The position numbers were made by a program, and so were the translations under genes. Shown one piece after another: positions 61,301-64,000 of a stretch of 64,000 bases of DNA. Source of the stretch: Raillietiella orientalis (Eukaryota). Positions within the stretch are counted from its first letter, which is position 1; each line of letters starts with the position of its first letter. The stretch covers positions 186,001 through 250,000 of the forward strand of contig JAYWIR010000055.1 in assembly GCA_036172245.1 (NCBI GenBank), given 5' to 3'. The notes beneath the pieces are model-generated. The model had not been told where the DNA came from, made no database searches, and was given only the letters and a program-made list of their open reading frames with translations.

Positions 61301-64000
61301 GTTTCTTGGAAGAATAGACTATATGGATAGGAAACTACGAAGAAAAACAAAAACCCTGGAGATGATATGGGAAGGAAGCAGAAGTCTAGGTTAATAGAAA
61401 ATTTTAGTTAGTAGCCAGGGGCATAGTTTATGAAGGTGAAAGTTCTAGGATATTTACTGGAGTTCTTCCTGATGGATATAGTCCTCCTCAAGGTTTCTGT
61501 TTTGATATTCTGTGTGACAGCAGTCCTATAAAAGATGATCCTCTTTTAGAAGATTATAATGTTGATAAGAGGGTATGCTTAACCTTTACACAAGAAAAAT
61601 AGCATCTCTACGGAATCAGAATGTTTTTTCTAGGTGCAAAAGTTTATACATCAGCTAAATCAGTATTCTCATTGGTATGCCAGTGGTCATCTCATTGTGA
61701 CAATGGGATCTGATTTCCAATACCAGAATGCAAACACCTGGTACAAAAATTTGGATAAATTGATCAAGTAAGGCAGCCTGAAAAATAGCTCACACATGAT
61801 CAACTTCAGATATGTGAATGCAAAGAGTGATCGTTATCATTTGATGTACTCAACACCTTCATGCTACTTGGAAGGTCTGAGTAAGGCCAACATATCCCTA
61901 CCTTTAAAGCAAGATGACTTCTTCCCCTATGCTAGTGATGCTCATGCATATTGGACTGGTTATTTCACCTCTCGTCCTACTTTGAAATATTTAGAGAAAT
62001 TGACGAACCAGGTACATCAGGTGTGTCAACAACTTGCTACACCTAGTACTGAAGATCAACGAGCATTGCACATCATGAGAAATGTTATGGGTATTCTTCA
62101 ACATCATGATGCCATTACAGGCACAAGCAAACAATATGTTGCAGCTGACTATGCTGTCAAGGCTATGAAAGGCATTGCTGCTTGTCAAGATGTAATAACT
62201 CACACACTTAAGTGAGTACAACATTTTTTCACCCAGTTTGATGATACTGCACTTTAGCAAACACACCCCAGTTGATTTCAAAAGTGGTATTTGCCTTCAG
62301 TTGAATATTAGTCAGTGTCAAATATCAGAATCCGAGGATAATTTTCTTTTGACAGTGTATAACCCTTTGGGCCACAGTTACAAATATTATGTTCGATTGC
62401 CAGTGCCCAGCAATCATGCTTATGCTGTTTTTGATTTGCAAGGTAACCCATTACTGGAGTTATTTGAAGTTTACAAAAAAAAAACATAGGGAATTTACTA
62501 CAGAGCGAATTATATCCCATACAAGAATGGATTTCCCAAATACCAGGAAGAACTAGCAAAGCTGCTTTTGAACTTGTGTTTCAAACTTTTCTACTTCCCT
62601 TAGGGTACCAAAGGTTTTTAATTAAAAGAACGAAGCAAAGTAATGTCCAGTCTGTGCAAGCCATCACTATGGCATCTCTTGAAGATTTCAGCGTAAAGAA
62701 TTCGGTAATTTTTCAAGCTTTTCATTGACAAACATAATTACCTGAGTTTGCATACACAATTTAGCAAGGCATGCAAAAGCATTTTCTCAATGCGATTGAT
62801 GATTAACATCATTTCAGAGGAGAGATAAGCTGATTCAGTTTTCTAATTTCATTAGTTTAGATAATGTTTCTAGAGTTAAAATTCCTGCTTCTGCAACTGT
62901 TCAGTGTTTAGTTTCCTCTTGAAGAGCTACTAATAAGCATAGGAAATGCAAAAAAGGATTGATGATCAACTCTGCCATGATTAGCAACAGATTGTTTGGG
63001 GATGCGCTGTTGATCTAATGAGGCAAATCATTCCAAACTTTTGGCAGCAGCGTTGGGTATTTTCAGTGTTGTTACATCTCGTTGCACATTGTATTGTCAA
63101 AAAGCTATTGGAGGTGCATTGCAGATAAAGCAAAATGCAATGTAACTATTCTCTGACGTAATGGTTTGAAGCCATAATTGTAATTTGAAAAGCTTTAAAT
63201 AATTTTTTGAAGAATTGGATGTGCTTACGCACTTTTTTTAATCCTCCCCCATGCCCTTTGTGACAGTTATATGGGACAGCGTAGTTTGTAGATCGGAGTC
63301 AAGATTTTAAATGCTGAAAGTGAGCTGATCGGAGCAAGAACTGCAAGATGAATTGGGTTCAGAAATACTGCAAGACCTTGGCATTTGTATTAGTGTAAGG
63401 AAGAACTACCAAAAAAATCAGATATTGGAATGCAAAGTCACAGAAAGGAAGATAGGCATGAAAAGCTTGACCTTGAAGAAATGTGTAGAGACAAGTTATG
63501 AGCAACAAACATCTCAAATTACGTCTAGGCCACACCATCTTTATTTGTTTGCTAGCTTCTGTATTTGTTTTGAGAAATGTTTGCAGTAAGCCTTTACCTG
63601 TGGAGAAATGGGAACTTGAGTTCTAAATATGAATGCCTGAATGATAAATGAGACTATAAACTAAAGGATTACGTGGGGAAAGCTGCAGACTCCCTGACTT
63701 GATTGTGCAAAGTGAAGATGGGAAACAAAAGACTTAATGGCATCACTTAAATTAGATCACTAGAAGTTGCAAGGCGCATCTTATTTGTTTGTAGCATATG
63801 AAGTTTTCTCATTGATGAATCTTGAGGATGCAGTTTACTTTCTTTGTCTTTCAGCACCTTCGAGTGTTCTTCGATGGCAAAACCCACCATATGCGATCTG
63901 TGGAAGTAGACAATGTTGACGTCCTTGTCAGACAGGGATACTTATGGTATCAAGCTATGAGCGGAAATAATAGTAAAGCCGAGTTCAGGGCATCTGGAGC
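58392..64000 (+). CDS. MAN2B1: Lysosomal alpha-mannosidase (GH38), multi-exon, continues beyond window
   Basis: Signal-peptide-like exon 1, [75 protein letters not shown], ending RASGA at the window edge. Confidence 0.96.

Noticed and set aside
1..64000. Prokaryotic systems (CRISPR arrays, operons, retrons)
   Set aside because: No regularly spaced repeats seen; genes have spliceosomal introns and the RTs are non-LTR retrotransposon type.

Overview
Eukaryotic, intron-containing animal DNA; the gene set (allatostatin-A receptors, kelch) points to an arthropod, but the taxon cannot be fixed from the sequence. The window has two compartments. About 1-39 kb is visibly GC-rich. It holds a cluster of decayed non-LTR retrotransposons (mostly L1/Tx1-like), two allatostatin-A/galanin-type GPCR paralogues with intronless coding regions, an orphan single-TM gene between them and a centlein-like coiled-coil gene. 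About 39.6-64 kb is AT-rich and densely packed with short-intron housekeeping genes: DRG1, NCBP1, kelch, PIGK and a lysosomal alpha-mannosidase that runs off the window end. The most unusual object is a dispersed repeat of about 0.8 kb, present in 3 copies across both compartments. It has a doubled tRNA-like head, a body rich in C(UUCG)G tetraloop hairpins and an A-rich tail. One copy carries a TSD-flanked 3' fragment of the local Tx1-like LINE, which shows that this LINE ends in a hairpin plus GAAAA rather than a long poly(A). All family assignments are by eye from motifs; no database search or folding calculation was run.
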